A stretch of DNA of 34,517 nucleotides from assembly GCA_035389045.1 (NCBI GenBank), contig DAOORA010000051.1, positions 1-34,517 on the forward strand. Reading direction: 5' to 3'. Position numbers and translations under genes: made by a program. The notes below the pieces were generated by a model. The model did no database searches. It was not told the DNA's origin and was given only the letters and a program-made list of their open reading frames with translations. The DNA is from Bacteroidales bacterium. Lineage in GTDB: Bacteria > Bacteroidota > Bacteroidia > Bacteroidales > CAIWKO01. This document shows, in pieces, positions 8,273 to 19,397 of the stretch (its first letter is position 1; each line of letters starts with the position of its first letter).

Positions 8273-10147
8273 ATGAAAAAATTAAAATGGTTGCTGGCAT
8301 TGGTTTTATTGTTATCCTTTGTATTTCCTGCTCAAAGTCAAACGGGCCAGGACAAAGGTATTTATTTTAAATTTCAATCGCGTCTTAAGGCGGGGATGGG
8401 GCAAACCTTTAAAGCGTTGCCTTCCGGATTTGATGATATTACGATAGTAAGTTGGCGGGATACCAACACATACTCGGATGTGGTGAATGATTTTCTTAAA
8501 ACCAAATGGGGCTTTTATGGCGGTGGAAATTTTGATTTTTACTTTCATAAAAACTTTGGTTTCGGTGTAGATGTTGATTATTTCAGAAACAAACTGGAAT
8601 TTATCATTCCGGATAGCGCGACCAATTATGTTGAATCCCATCAGGACCAGTTTCCTCCGGTGAAACTTATGGAGAGTATGCATACCGATCAGTCGCTGAT
8701 CTTTGTTGGTATAGGTCCGAGTTTTAAAGCGTTCACCAATGACCACTGGGACATAGACATAAATATCAGGGGTGGATTAAGCCATCTTAAAATGGGGTCT
8801 TTGTTATACAGATTTACCAATGTTCAGGAAGACCTGAACCGCATCTATGACACATTGGTGTATTATGATTACAGCAGACCTGTGAATGCGTTCGGATTAA
8901 AAGCAGGACTGTTTGTTAATTACTGGTTTAATTCATGGATTGGCGTGACCCTGGGAGCAGATTTCATTCACACTTTTGTTTCTGCTAAAAAAATTGATGA
9001 TGATCCGGATTATATACTTAAATACAAAAACCCAGAATATTATATGAGAAGTGATGGGACATTCGATTCCTGGGTGTATTTTGACCAGCCGATGAAGGAT
9101 TATCATCCGACCAAATTTAATGTTAATCATCTTTCGGTATCGGCAGGTGTGGTGTTCCGGTTCATCAAACCTGAAGTAAAGGCCATCAAACCTGAAGTTG
9201 TTAAGCCCGAACTTCAGCCAAAGGATATTGTTGTTTTAGTTAAAGACTCCATTTCCGGTATTCCTATGAAAGGGGTTACTGTCAATCTGAAAGAAAAATC
9301 CGGAAACATCAGGGAAAGCAAAATAACGGAAGATAACGGGAAAGTAGTTTTTTCAGGTGTTGCCCCCGGTGATTATACCGTATCAGGAATTTTGGGGAGC
9401 CTGAAAACAAATGTTGAACCTATTGCTAAAAGTGAATTTGATACAAAAAAAGATGTTATATATAAGGAGCTGTTATTGAATAACCTGAACTTCATTCTGG
9501 AAGGGATTACGGAAGAGTGTACCAAGAAGAAAGTTCTCGGTAATGTGGAGGTTGAGCTTACAGACAAAACAACAGGAAAAGTTACTAAGACAAAATCAGG
9601 CGAAGATGGATTATTCACGTTTAACCTGGCACCGAATACCGATTATTCTATTGTCGGAATAAAAGATGGTTATTATTCAGGCTTCCAGGAAATTACTACA
9701 AAAGGACTGAAACGGAGTAAAACCCTTTTTGTAAAACTTACACTTTGTGTTGAACAGCTCGAAGTCGGAAAAACATTTGTGTTAAATAATATTTACTATG
9801 ATTTTGACAAGTGTAATATTCGTGCTGATGCATCTGTAGAATTAGACCGTCTGGTCGAAATCATGAAAGAGAATTCCGGCATGGAAATAGAATTATCGTC
9901 GCATACCGATCAGCGCGGAACCGGTGCATATAATGAAAAACTCTCACAATGCCGTGCCGAAAGCGCAGTTTCTTACATTGTAAATAAAGGTATTGACAAA
10001 ACGCGGATCACAGCCAAAGGCTATGGCGAAAGCCGGTTGCTGAATGATTGTACGCTGGAGAAAGATTGTCCGCAGACATCCGAAGGCGATTGCCCTTGTC
10101 ATCAGAACAACAGGAGAACCGAAGTGAAAATTACCAGGATGAAGTAA
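8273..10147 (+). CDS. OmpA-family protein: N-terminal outer-membrane beta-barrel, two carboxypeptidase-regulatory-like domains, OmpA_C peptidoglycan-binding domain (PorE-like C-terminal half)
   Basis: LNNIYYDFDK...IELSSHTDQRG...YNEKLSQCRAES...KGYGES...NRRTE; barrel-like strands ending LSVSAGVVFRF. Confidence 0.88.
   Translation: MKKLKWLLALVLLLSFVFPAQSQTGQDKGIYFKFQSRLKAGMGQTFKALPSGFDDITIVSWRDTNTYSDVVNDFLKTKWGFYGGGNFDFYFHKNFGFGVDVDYFRNKLEFIIPDSATNYVESHQDQFPPVKLMESMHTDQSLIFVGIGPSFKAFTNDHWDIDINIRGGLSHLKMGSLLYRFTNVQEDLNRIYDTLVYYDYSRPVNAFGLKAGLFVNYWFNSWIGVTLGADFIHTFVSAKKIDDDPDYILKYKNPEYYMRSDGTFDSWVYFDQPMKDYHPTKFNVNHLSVSAGVVFRFIKPEVKAIKPEVVKPELQPKDIVVLVKDSISGIPMKGVTVNLKEKSGNIRESKITEDNGKVVFSGVAPGDYTVSGILGSLKTNVEPIAKSEFDTKKDVIYKELLLNNLNFILEGITEECTKKKVLGNVEVELTDKTTGKVTKTKSGEDGLFTFNLAPNTDYSIVGIKDGYYSGFQEITTKGLKRSKTLFVKLTLCVEQLEVGKTFVLNNIYYDFDKCNIRADASVELDRLVEIMKENSGMEIELSSHTDQRGTGAYNEKLSQCRAESAVSYIVNKGIDKTRITAKGYGESRLLNDCTLEKDCPQTSEGDCPCHQNNRRTEVKITRMK
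9163..9198 (+). repeat. 15-bp direct repeat CATCAAACCTGAAGT (period 21) encoding the linker IKPEVKAIKPEV
   Basis: Exact copies at 9163-9177 and 9184-9198, at the barrel/periplasmic-domain hinge. Confidence 0.8.
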
Positions 10148-10432
10148 TAAAAAAGGCATTTCGGAAACAATAATATACAAATCATTATACGTAATTGTGT
10201 AAAGTACAATGAGTGGTATTTGTTTCATCCATTGATGTGTTAACCGGTTTGTCAACTTTTTATTATTTTTGACTTGAAAAATGAACATGCTTTTGATTTT
10301 TTCAGGTCACATTTGGACCGTGTGTATGTCATATGGTATTGCGGAGCTAATCAGGGATTTCATAATGGCCTTATCGGATGATCCGGAAAAAACAATAGCT
10401 GGCAAGTGAGGAAAAGAAACAGCTAATAATCA

Positions 10433-12370
10433 ATGAAAAACAACAAAAAGAAGACAGTAATTAAGAAAAAAGTCAGTCTTCAGGATCGTGAAAACTCGGT
10501 TTTCCTGAAAAGAAAGAAAATTTGCATTATTATTCTTGTCCTGTTGACTGCCGTACTGTTTTCAAATACGTTTCAAAATGATTTCACCAATTGGGATGAC
10601 AACGATTATGTGACAGAAAACCAGCATATCCGGAGTTTATCTCCCAATGGACTGAAAGATATCTTCAGTGTTTTTGTGTCGAGCCATTATCATCCGCTCA
10701 CCTTATTATCCCTTGCTATAAATTTTAAACTCAACGGACTTCATGCTTCGGGTTACATTATAGGAAATATTCTGTTGCATGTTTTATCCGTTGTTTTTGT
10801 ATTTCTTATATTTTTAAAACTGACCAATAAGAACGAAATAGCATTCATCACGGCTTTATTGTTTGCCATTCACCCTATGAGGGTTGAGTCGGTGGTATGG
10901 ATATCAGAACGCAAAGATGTCCTGAATCATTTCTTTTACCTGTTTTCACTATTCTTTTATTTAAAATACTTAAAAGAAGGATGTTCTGCCAAAAACTACA
11001 TCATCGCTCTGATACTTTTTATTTGTTCTATTCTGTCGAAAGTTACGGCGGCTTCGCTTCCTGTTTTGTTTTTTGCTTTTGACTATTATACAGGAAGAAA
11101 GTTTAGTTATAAATTAATACTGGATAAATTGCCTTTTTTTGCTATTGCCGTTGTCATGGGCATTGTGGCCATCATTGCGCAGTCGCACTCCGAACCAAAT
11201 GCGCCGCCATTGCTTGACAAGTTGTTTCTTGCCACCTATGCCGTTACGTTTTATATAGTAAAGTTTTTCACTCCGTTATTTCAGTCTGCGGTGATACCCT
11301 TTCCTGAAAAAGCAGGCGCTTTTTTACCATTTAAGTATTACCTCTCTTTTCTTATTGTTCCGGTTCTGATTACCGTTTTCTTTATATTGAAAAAAGAGTA
11401 CAGGCGGGAATATGTTTTTACGGTCTTGTTTTTTCTGATACCTCTTGGCGCATTATTGACAAAATATCCTATAGGACCGGCTTATCTGGCCGAACGATAC
11501 ACGTACCTGCCACACATTGGCCTGGCCTATTTTACGGGATTCCTGTATTTAAAACTCCAGGAAAAATTCAAACTGAAAAATAACTTTAGAAATCCATTTT
11601 TTGTTGTTCTGATCCTGTTTTCCGTTTTTTTTGCTATTAAAACCTTTGACCGGAACACGGTATGGAAAGATAGTCTTACCTTATGGGGCACAACCATCCG
11701 CGACCACCCCAATACGGCTGCGGCCTATTATAACAGGGGTAACTACAGAAGCAGCACAGGGGATCTTGCCGGCGCCATTGAAGACTATTCAAAAGCAGTT
11801 GAAATAAAACCCGATTACCTGGTAGGGTATTTTAATATGGCCAATGTCAAGCATGGTTTGAATGATTCCAAAGGCGCCATTGAAGATTTAAATAAAGCAA
11901 TACGAATCAGACCTGTATATCCTGAAGCATATTTTAATAAGGCCATCATTCACCAAAACATGGGTATGTACGACAGCGCACTGAATGATATAAATAAAGT
12001 CATTACCTTTAAATTTAAGCTGGACGAAGCATACAAAATCCGGGGCAACACAAAAAGTCAGCTTGGAGAAGATACCGCCGCCATCAATGATTATGATAAA
12101 GCGCTGAATTATAATAAAAATAGTGGTTTTGCAAGCGAGATTTATAATAACCGGGGGTGTGCCAGAAACAGACTGAAATTATTTAATGAAGCCATACAGG
12201 ACTTTAATCTTGCCATTAATTCATTTCCTGATAATTCCTTGTACTACATGAACAGGGCAAGCTCTTATTATTTTCTCGGACAGTATTCTTCTGCATGTGA
12301 CGACTGGAAAAAAGCGGCAGAACTGGGAGACACCACTGCACAAAAAAATGTTGCTTCATTTTGCAGGTAG
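10433..12370 (+). CDS. TMTC-like GT-C membrane glycosyltransferase with C-terminal TPRs (copy 1)
   Basis: WDDNDY, YHPLT, HPMRVESVVWISERKD, LSK, AERYTYLP and WKDSLTLW motifs; many TM helices; TPRs of the AYYNRG type. Confidence 0.85.
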   Translation: MKNNKKKTVIKKKVSLQDRENSVFLKRKKICIIILVLLTAVLFSNTFQNDFTNWDDNDYVTENQHIRSLSPNGLKDIFSVFVSSHYHPLTLLSLAINFKLNGLHASGYIIGNILLHVLSVVFVFLIFLKLTNKNEIAFITALLFAIHPMRVESVVWISERKDVLNHFFYLFSLFFYLKYLKEGCSAKNYIIALILFICSILSKVTAASLPVLFFAFDYYTGRKFSYKLILDKLPFFAIAVVMGIVAIIAQSHSEPNAPPLLDKLFLATYAVTFYIVKFFTPLFQSAVIPFPEKAGAFLPFKYYLSFLIVPVLITVFFILKKEYRREYVFTVLFFLIPLGALLTKYPIGPAYLAERYTYLPHIGLAYFTGFLYLKLQEKFKLKNNFRNPFFVVLILFSVFFAIKTFDRNTVWKDSLTLWGTTIRDHPNTAAAYYNRGNYRSSTGDLAGAIEDYSKAVEIKPDYLVGYFNMANVKHGLNDSKGAIEDLNKAIRIRPVYPEAYFNKAIIHQNMGMYDSALNDINKVITFKFKLDEAYKIRGNTKSQLGEDTAAINDYDKALNYNKNSGFASEIYNNRGCARNRLKLFNEAIQDFNLAINSFPDNSLYYMNRASSYYFLGQYSSACDDWKKAAELGDTTAQKNVASFCR

Positions 12371-12434
12371 CGGTCCAAAATTATATTTACAGATCAGCCA
12401 ATAAAAAGCATGTTAAATATATTAAATAAACAAT

Positions 12435-15179
12435 ATGAGTCTTGCGGAAATTTTAAAAGAGCGCATTGTCATCCTTGATGGCGCCTTAGGCACAATGATC
12501 CAGCGGTATGGCCTGAAGGAAGAAGAATACCGTGGTCAGCGGTTTGTATCTCATCCTGTTAACCTGAAAGGGTGTAACGATTTGCTGAATCTTACCCACC
12601 CATCGGTCATCAGCAGGATACATAATGATTATCTTGCAGCCGGTTCAGATATTATTTCGACTAACACATTCAATGCCCAGTCCATATCGCTTTCCGATTA
12701 CAGGCTTGAAAATTATGTTTATGAGATCAACATGGAAGCTGCAAAACTTGCCAGGGTGGCAGCGGATGAATATACTGCCCGTGATCCGGGGCGCCGCCGT
12801 TTTGTCGGCGGTTCTATAGGTCCGACCAACAGAGCGGCCTCCATGTCGCCGGATGTGAACGATCCTTCATTACGGGCGGTTACCTTTGATGATCTGGTGA
12901 TTGCCTATACGGAACAGGTCGAAGCATTGACAGATGGAAACGTGGACCTGTTGATGATTGAAACCATTTTTGACACCCTCAATGCCAAAGCAGCCTTGTT
13001 TGCGATCACAAAAGTATTTGAGAAAAAAGGAATAAGCCTTCCCGTTATGTTATCGGTTACCATTTCAGATGCGAGCGGGCGTATGCTTTCCGGGCAGACA
13101 CCTGAGGCTTTTCTGATTTCCGTATCCCATTTTCCCTTGCTTTCTGTTGGTTTAAACTGCTCTTTAGGCGCATCGGGGATGAAGCCTTATGTTGAATTGT
13201 TTGCAGCCCAGGCCCCCTGCAATGTGCACCTGTACCCGAATGCCGGTTTGCCCAACCAGTTTGGAGCATATGATGAAACGGCCGGCCAGATGGTGGAGGT
13301 TATGGAGAAATACATGAGCGAAGGGCTTGTAAACATAGTTGGTGGCTGTTGCGGAACCACACCGGAGCATATTGCATTACTTGCTGCGGGTGCAAAAAAA
13401 TATAAGCCTCGGGCAATTTGTCCGGCTGATCATATTACCCGGTTTTCGGGCTTGGAGCCGGTCGCGCTTTTTGAAGGCAGAAATTTTGTAAATATCGGAG
13501 AACGTACAAATGTAGCCGGAAGCAAGAAGTTTGCCGATCTTATCAGGGAAGGAAAATTTGAAGAGGCGCTGGCTGTTGCCCGGCAGCAAATCGATGGCGG
13601 AGCGCAGGTCATTGATATTTGCATGGATGATGCCATGATCGATGCGGAAAAAGCCATGGTCAGATTCCTTAATCATATCGCTTTGGAACCCGATATTGCG
13701 AAGGTACCCGTGATGATAGACTCTTCTGATTGGAATGTAATTGAAGCAGGGCTGAAATGTACGCAGGGAAAATCTATTGTGAATTCGGTCAGTCTGAAAG
13801 AGGGCGAAGGTATCTTCAAAGAACGGGCAAAGCATATCAGGCAGATGGGTGCCGCCATGGTTGTGATGGCTTTTGATGAAACGGGGCAGGCGGTGACTTA
13901 TGAACACAAAATCCGGATATTTGAACGTACATATAGAATTCTGGTGGACGAAACCGGTGTTGCGCCGGAGGATATCATATTTGACCCCGGCATACTTGCA
14001 GTTGCCACGGGTATTGAAGCGCATAATGCTTATGCAGTGGATTATTTCCGGACGGCAAAATGGATCAGGGAGCATTTACCCTATGCCAGGATCAGCGGAG
14101 GTGTGAGTAATTTATCATTTTCATTTCGCGGAAATGAGACGGTAAGAAGGGCGATGCATTCGGTGTTTTTATATCATGCCATTCATGACGGTATGGATAT
14201 GGGTATTGTAAATCCTGCCCAGCTTGATATTTATGATGGAATACCGGAAGACCTTCTTCAATTGATTGAGGATGTCATTTTGAACCGCCGAAAAGATGCT
14301 ACGGAAAAACTGATCGCCCATGCAGAACAGATAAAAAGTTCCGGGAAAAAAGAAGAAAAAAGCGATACCTGGCGGGCAGGTACGGTGCAGGAACGACTGA
14401 AACATGCCCTTGTTAAAGGGGTGGCTGATTTTATTGAGCAGGATGTTGAAGAAGCACGACTATCCTATGGAAAGGCTTTTCAAATCATTGAAGGCCCGTT
14501 AATGGATGGGATCAATACCGTAGGGGATCTTTTCGGTACCGGAAAGATGTTTCTGCCTCAGGTGGTCAAGAGCGCACGGGTTATGAAAAAGGCAGTCGAC
14601 AAACTGATGCCTTATATAGAAAATGAAAAAGAACAAGGTGAAGGATCTTCCGCAGGGAAAATAGTGCTGGCCACCGTGAAAGGCGACGTTCATGATATTG
14701 GAAAAAACATTGTCGGAGTGATACTCGCATGCAATAATTATCAGGTGATTGATTTGGGGGTTATGGTCAGTACGGAAGCTATTTTAGAATCCGTATGTCA
14801 TGAAAAAGCAGATGCGTTAGGATTAAGCGGCCTCATTACCCCGTCGCTTGAGGAAATGGCCCGTGTGGCTGAAGAAATGGAAAAAGCAGGATTGAAAACC
14901 CCGTTGCTCATTGGAGGCGCCACAACATCGGTAATACACACTGCGGTAAAAATCGCACCTAAATACAGCGCACCTGTAATACATGTTAGAGATGCTTCAA
15001 AAATAGTAACTGTTCTTTCAAATTTATTGTCTGCAGAATTATCAGGTGACTTTATCAGAAATTTGAATGATGAGTATGAGAAGATACGCCAGGATCATGA
15101 ACAGGAAGAAAAACACGATCTGAAATCCCTGAAAGAAGCCCGGGACAATGCTTTTAATGCCGGCTGGAAAAATGAATAA
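12435..15179 (+). CDS. metH: Cobalamin-dependent methionine synthase: Hcy-binding, pterin-binding, cap and B12-binding domains, lacking the activation domain
   Basis: [81 protein letters not shown]. Confidence 0.95.
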   Translation: MSLAEILKERIVILDGALGTMIQRYGLKEEEYRGQRFVSHPVNLKGCNDLLNLTHPSVISRIHNDYLAAGSDIISTNTFNAQSISLSDYRLENYVYEINMEAAKLARVAADEYTARDPGRRRFVGGSIGPTNRAASMSPDVNDPSLRAVTFDDLVIAYTEQVEALTDGNVDLLMIETIFDTLNAKAALFAITKVFEKKGISLPVMLSVTISDASGRMLSGQTPEAFLISVSHFPLLSVGLNCSLGASGMKPYVELFAAQAPCNVHLYPNAGLPNQFGAYDETAGQMVEVMEKYMSEGLVNIVGGCCGTTPEHIALLAAGAKKYKPRAICPADHITRFSGLEPVALFEGRNFVNIGERTNVAGSKKFADLIREGKFEEALAVARQQIDGGAQVIDICMDDAMIDAEKAMVRFLNHIALEPDIAKVPVMIDSSDWNVIEAGLKCTQGKSIVNSVSLKEGEGIFKERAKHIRQMGAAMVVMAFDETGQAVTYEHKIRIFERTYRILVDETGVAPEDIIFDPGILAVATGIEAHNAYAVDYFRTAKWIREHLPYARISGGVSNLSFSFRGNETVRRAMHSVFLYHAIHDGMDMGIVNPAQLDIYDGIPEDLLQLIEDVILNRRKDATEKLIAHAEQIKSSGKKEEKSDTWRAGTVQERLKHALVKGVADFIEQDVEEARLSYGKAFQIIEGPLMDGINTVGDLFGTGKMFLPQVVKSARVMKKAVDKLMPYIENEKEQGEGSSAGKIVLATVKGDVHDIGKNIVGVILACNNYQVIDLGVMVSTEAILESVCHEKADALGLSGLITPSLEEMARVAEEMEKAGLKTPLLIGGATTSVIHTAVKIAPKYSAPVIHVRDASKIVTVLSNLLSAELSGDFIRNLNDEYEKIRQDHEQEEKHDLKSLKEARDNAFNAGWKNE

Positions 15180-16092
15180 TATATCCGGGCCGGCAAAAAC
15201 CGGGAAAACATTATTCATCGATTACCCTCTTGGAGAAATAGCAGATTATATTAACTGGACATATTTTTTTCACGAGTGGAGGTTAAATGGCAAATACCCC
15301 TCTGTATTCATTGACCCGTTGATGGGAAAGGAAGCGGCCGAACTATATGATAATGCACAGCAGATGCTGGAACGCATCATTAGTGAAAAATGGCTGACTG
15401 CTAATGGAATAGCGGGAATATTTCCTTCAAATTCCATAGGTGATGATATTGAAGTTTATTCGCCGGAGGATAAGGATAAAACACTTATCACCTTTCATTT
15501 TCTGAGAAACCAGCAATCCATAAAAGACACACCCAATTATTGCCTTGCAGATTTTGTGGCACCGCAGGATTCAGGGATTACGGATTATATCGGGTGTTTT
15601 GCTGTTACTGCCGGAACGGGTATGAACGTCAAAGTTGACGAATTCAACAATGCAGGGGACGATTACAGCGCTCTGATGTTGAAGATACTTGGCAACCGGC
15701 TTGCAGAGGCCTTTGCCGAGGTTGTTCATCTGAAGGTAAGAAGGGAATTGTGGGCTTATGTAAAAGATGAAGATCTTTCGCCCGAAGAACTTTTTCTGGG
15801 AAAGTACCGCGGAATAAGGCCGGCGCCGGGCTATCCGGCCTGTCCGGATCACAGCGCCAAAGCTGAAATATTCAGCCTGCTCGAAGTAACTGAAAACACT
15901 GGAATATCTCTTACGGAGACATTCATGATGAACCCTGCCGCGTCGGTTTGCGGCTGGTACTTTGCCCATCCGGATGCAAAATATTTTTCTGTGGGAAAGG
16001 TCAGTAAGGAGCAGGTAGCAGATTATGCGCGAAGAAAAGGAATTCCGGCCGGAGAAGCAGAAAAATGGCTTTTCCGGGTGATTGCTTATTGA
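15172..16092 (+). CDS. metH: Methionine synthase SAM-binding reactivation domain, encoded as a separate ORF
   Basis: [54 protein letters not shown]. The ATG at 15172 overlaps the upstream stop (ATGAATAA). Confidence 0.9.
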   Translation: MNNISGPAKTGKTLFIDYPLGEIADYINWTYFFHEWRLNGKYPSVFIDPLMGKEAAELYDNAQQMLERIISEKWLTANGIAGIFPSNSIGDDIEVYSPEDKDKTLITFHFLRNQQSIKDTPNYCLADFVAPQDSGITDYIGCFAVTAGTGMNVKVDEFNNAGDDYSALMLKILGNRLAEAFAEVVHLKVRRELWAYVKDEDLSPEELFLGKYRGIRPAPGYPACPDHSAKAEIFSLLEVTENTGISLTETFMMNPAASVCGWYFAHPDAKYFSVGKVSKEQVADYARRKGIPAGEAEKWLFRVIAY

Positions 16093-16115
16093 TCATACCA
16101 CCTGGAGAGATGATG

Positions 16116-17675
16116 TTATTTGTTTGAACTATGGTCTTTTTCAAGGTAATAATTTGCCCATCCGGATGTTCTGTACAGGTTGTTGTCTTTTATGATCACC
16201 GGCCTGTCCAGAAGTTTTACCCGGCCTTTTTCAAAATAGTTGCTGCGGTTATATGCTTTTACCCAGATACAATACTTTCCGTGTTTTGTCACTTCGCATT
16301 TATCCCTGTCGCTGCCTCCGCAAGGGCCGTTTCTCTGGTTCTTTGAGCATTGTGATTCGGGGCATAGATACGTAATGTCAGGCAGTGCACAATCACCACA
16401 TTCACGGCAATTAAACAATGCCGATTTGATCATTCTCTCGTGAAAATATGAAATATTATAACATCTGCGTGAGGTTCCTTTGGTCAGCCATTTGTAATAT
16501 GCACGGGGTATGCCCAGAAAAGAAGATGTTTTTTTAAATGCCAAAGCATGTACCACCCGGCTGAAACGGTAGGATAATGAAATGTGTTTTGAATACTCCG
16601 ATCTCTTATAATTGACCATCCGGTCATTTTTTTTATCAGGGTTTGAAAGCTGTGTAGCTGGATCCGGATCAAAATAATAAAATTCTTTTGGCCGCGGATT
16701 GATCAGCCCGGGAATAAATTCGTGCCAGTCGGTGGTTTCGTATTCCTTTACCTTTTCGAGTATTGATGTGAGATCATCGGCTTTGTCAATGCCTGCAATG
16801 TATGCTCCCTGATAGCCCATTCCCTTAAAACAGCAAAATTGTTTTGCTGCAAAAGACGTAAAAAAGCTCCTGCCTTTATCCGGTGAAGTTTTTTCCTTAT
16901 CGATCCTTGCAAGCAGTGCGTCTGAAACCACACAACCCGGGAAAAACCCCTGGTTAAACATTCGTGCAATACCTGCTGTCAGTCTGTAAATGTTACCAAA
17001 AACGGGCAAATTAATGTTGTTTTCTTTCATAAAACACAGCAACTCATGTGATTTCCGGATGTCATATCCAAGCTGGGGAATGATAAAAGCAGCGCCGTTC
17101 TTTACTTTTAGCAATAGTTTTTCGTACTGCATCATTTGTTCGGCCTCACTGACCTTGAACGGTGAAACGGTACAACCGGCAAAGAAATTTGTCTTATCTA
17201 GTGTAAGGGTAGTTCCGGGTTTCTTTCCTTTAATAACAAGGCCGTTGTTCATATCGTTCAGCATCTTCAGCAGGCTTACCGAGTCCAGGTCAAATACCGG
17301 AAGTGCGGGATTTTTATATCCGTCAGCAGGATAATCTCCCGTCAGTGTCATCAGGTTGTCGAAGCCATCGCTGGCGTACTGCCATAACTTACTTTCCAGT
17401 GCATTACGGTTATTGTCCTTACAGGTGATATTGATGACTGTATTTTTGCCCAGTTCCCGGACTTTTCTTCCCAATATTTCAGGGGCGAGCATTGGGTTTC
17501 CGCCGGCATTATCCGTGAATGAAATCCAGTCAATATCGGGAATTTTACACAACTCTTCAACAAGCGCCATCAGCTTTTGCCCGTTTTCCTGCTGCAGTAT
17601 TCCGCGTGTTCCGACCAATTCGATGCCCAGAAGGAATTTTTCTGGCTTCTGAAACAGATCAATAAGTTTATCCAT
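16116..17675 (-). CDS. metF: Methylenetetrahydrofolate reductase with fused C-terminal MetV-like (MTHFR_C) Cys-rich domain
   Basis: GIEL, SFTDNAGGNP, NITCKDNNR, LTGDYP and IIPQLGYD motifs; C-terminal CRECGDC...CPESQCSKNQRNGPCGGS...CE...CIW. The ATG at 17675 is preferred over the ORF-track start at 17714. Confidence 0.88.
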   Translation of the reverse strand: MDKLIDLFQKPEKFLLGIELVGTRGILQQENGQKLMALVEELCKIPDIDWISFTDNAGGNPMLAPEILGRKVRELGKNTVINITCKDNNRNALESKLWQYASDGFDNLMTLTGDYPADGYKNPALPVFDLDSVSLLKMLNDMNNGLVIKGKKPGTTLTLDKTNFFAGCTVSPFKVSEAEQMMQYEKLLLKVKNGAAFIIPQLGYDIRKSHELLCFMKENNINLPVFGNIYRLTAGIARMFNQGFFPGCVVSDALLARIDKEKTSPDKGRSFFTSFAAKQFCCFKGMGYQGAYIAGIDKADDLTSILEKVKEYETTDWHEFIPGLINPRPKEFYYFDPDPATQLSNPDKKNDRMVNYKRSEYSKHISLSYRFSRVVHALAFKKTSSFLGIPRAYYKWLTKGTSRRCYNISYFHERMIKSALFNCRECGDCALPDITYLCPESQCSKNQRNGPCGGSDRDKCEVTKHGKYCIWVKAYNRSNYFEKGRVKLLDRPVIIKDNNLYRTSGWANYYLEKDHSSNK

Positions 17676-17690
17676 TGATTTTATTTGCCG

Positions 17691-19397
17691 TTTTTTATGA
17701 AAATCTAAAATCAAATATCGTTAAAAAAAACGGATTATTTAATGCAAAGTGGCAGAAAATTAATGGTTTTATATCCATAATGTCGGGCTGTATTATTTGA
17801 TGAAGCCCACTGCAGCACCGGCAACGATAAAAAACAATAAAAAAAACAATACGTTTTTTTATTTTTATAAAAACTATTTGTAATTTTCGGAGCGTTTAAT
17901 TTGATTGGAAAAACAATTCGTAAAAAGATTGATGATAATGGCTCTGGTTTCTTCATTTATGGGTTATATTTCTATTTAATGAAAAAAAACAAGATCACAG
18001 GCAAGAAAAAGAAAAACAACCGGATACCAATTACAGATATATTGTCGGATAAATGGCGTAATACTATTATTGTCGGGTTAATCCTTACGCTTACCTTTAT
18101 TCTTTTTTACAAAGTAGTGGATTTCCAGTTTGTTTTGTGGGATGATAATGCTTACATTACAGAGAATGAGTTGATAAGAGATCTTTCGTGGGAAGGACTT
18201 AAAAACATATTTACCACTCCGGTAATAGGTATGTATAATCCTGTAATTTTCCTGATTTATGCGATCATATATAAATTCTGGGGATTAGATCCGGGCGCCT
18301 TTCATTTCTTTAATCTCATCTTCCATCTTATGGCGACTATCCTGGTTTATAAATTCATCTATAAATTAACCACACGATACGAAACAGCAGCCATTGTGGC
18401 GCTTTTGTTTGCCATCCACCCGATGCACGTAAGTGTTGTAACATGGGTGTCCGGATTAAAAACCTCTCTGTACCTGATTTTTTATTTTTTAGCTCTTATC
18501 CATTATCTGAATTATGTAAAAAATAATTACAAGTATAAATATCTTCTGTATGCAGCCTTGCTGTTCATACTGTCTGCTCTTTCAAAACCCACAGCCGTCA
18601 CCTTTGCACCAATGCTGTTTTTGATAGATTATTATATGTCAAGAAAAATTGACCGGAGGATGTTTATCGAAAAGGTACCTTTCTTTCTAGTTGCTATTGC
18701 TTTCGGGGTCACTACGTTATTTACCCATCAGGATATGGAAGATACCATTTTTGATATAAACTCTGATTATTCATTGATCAACAACCTTCTTGTTTCAAAT
18801 TATTCTATTGTGTTCTATATCGAAAAGCTGTTTTATCCCATGACTCTTTGTACCATTTATCCATATCCCGAAAACGACGTTTTTTTGCCTTTAAAATACT
18901 ATCTGGCCATACCTGTTATCCCGCTTATTATGTTTTTAATATATAAAGCGGGTAAATTTAAGAAGGATGTGATTTTCGGGGTGATCTTCTTTGTTATTGC
19001 CATTTCTGTATTACTGAGGATTGTACCTTCCGGTTTTTTCCGAGCGGCCAACAGGTATACCTATTTATCGTATACCGGGCTGTTTTTTATTATTGGCCAG
19101 TTCTATGCCTATATAATGGATGAAAGATTTCCCTACTCCAGGAATGTGAAAAAAACATTGATCGTTCTTTTATGTGTTTTTGTTATTTTTTGCTGTTACC
19201 GGACCACGGTCAGGATAAAGGTTTGGGAAAACAGCATTACCCTCTTCGATGATATAATAAAGAAAAAACCGAAACTGGCAATGGCTTATAACAACAGGGC
19301 TCTTGCTAAAAAAGACCTGGGCGATTTTTATGGCGCTATTGAAGATTTTACCCTGGCCATCCAAAACGATCCTGAATATAAATGGGCCTATTATAAC
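17691..19397 (+). repeat. Duplicated segment, copy A (paralogous to about 22086-23792)
   Basis: The upstream region and 5' three-quarters of the gene align at an offset of about 4395 bp. Confidence 0.9.

Noticed and set aside
10150..12434. SAM or cobalamin riboswitch controlling metH
   Set aside because: No SAM-I core or B12-box recognised in 10150-10432 or in the 64-bp gap before metH; only a weak inverted repeat at about 10270-10310.
13377..14075. 232-aa antisense ORF within metH
   Set aside because: Lies wholly opposite a highly conserved gene and has no motifs.
17901..17978. N-terminal extension of TMTC-like copy 2
   Set aside because: The paralogue starts at the equivalent of 17979 and the extension begins with TTG; it is probably 5' UTR.
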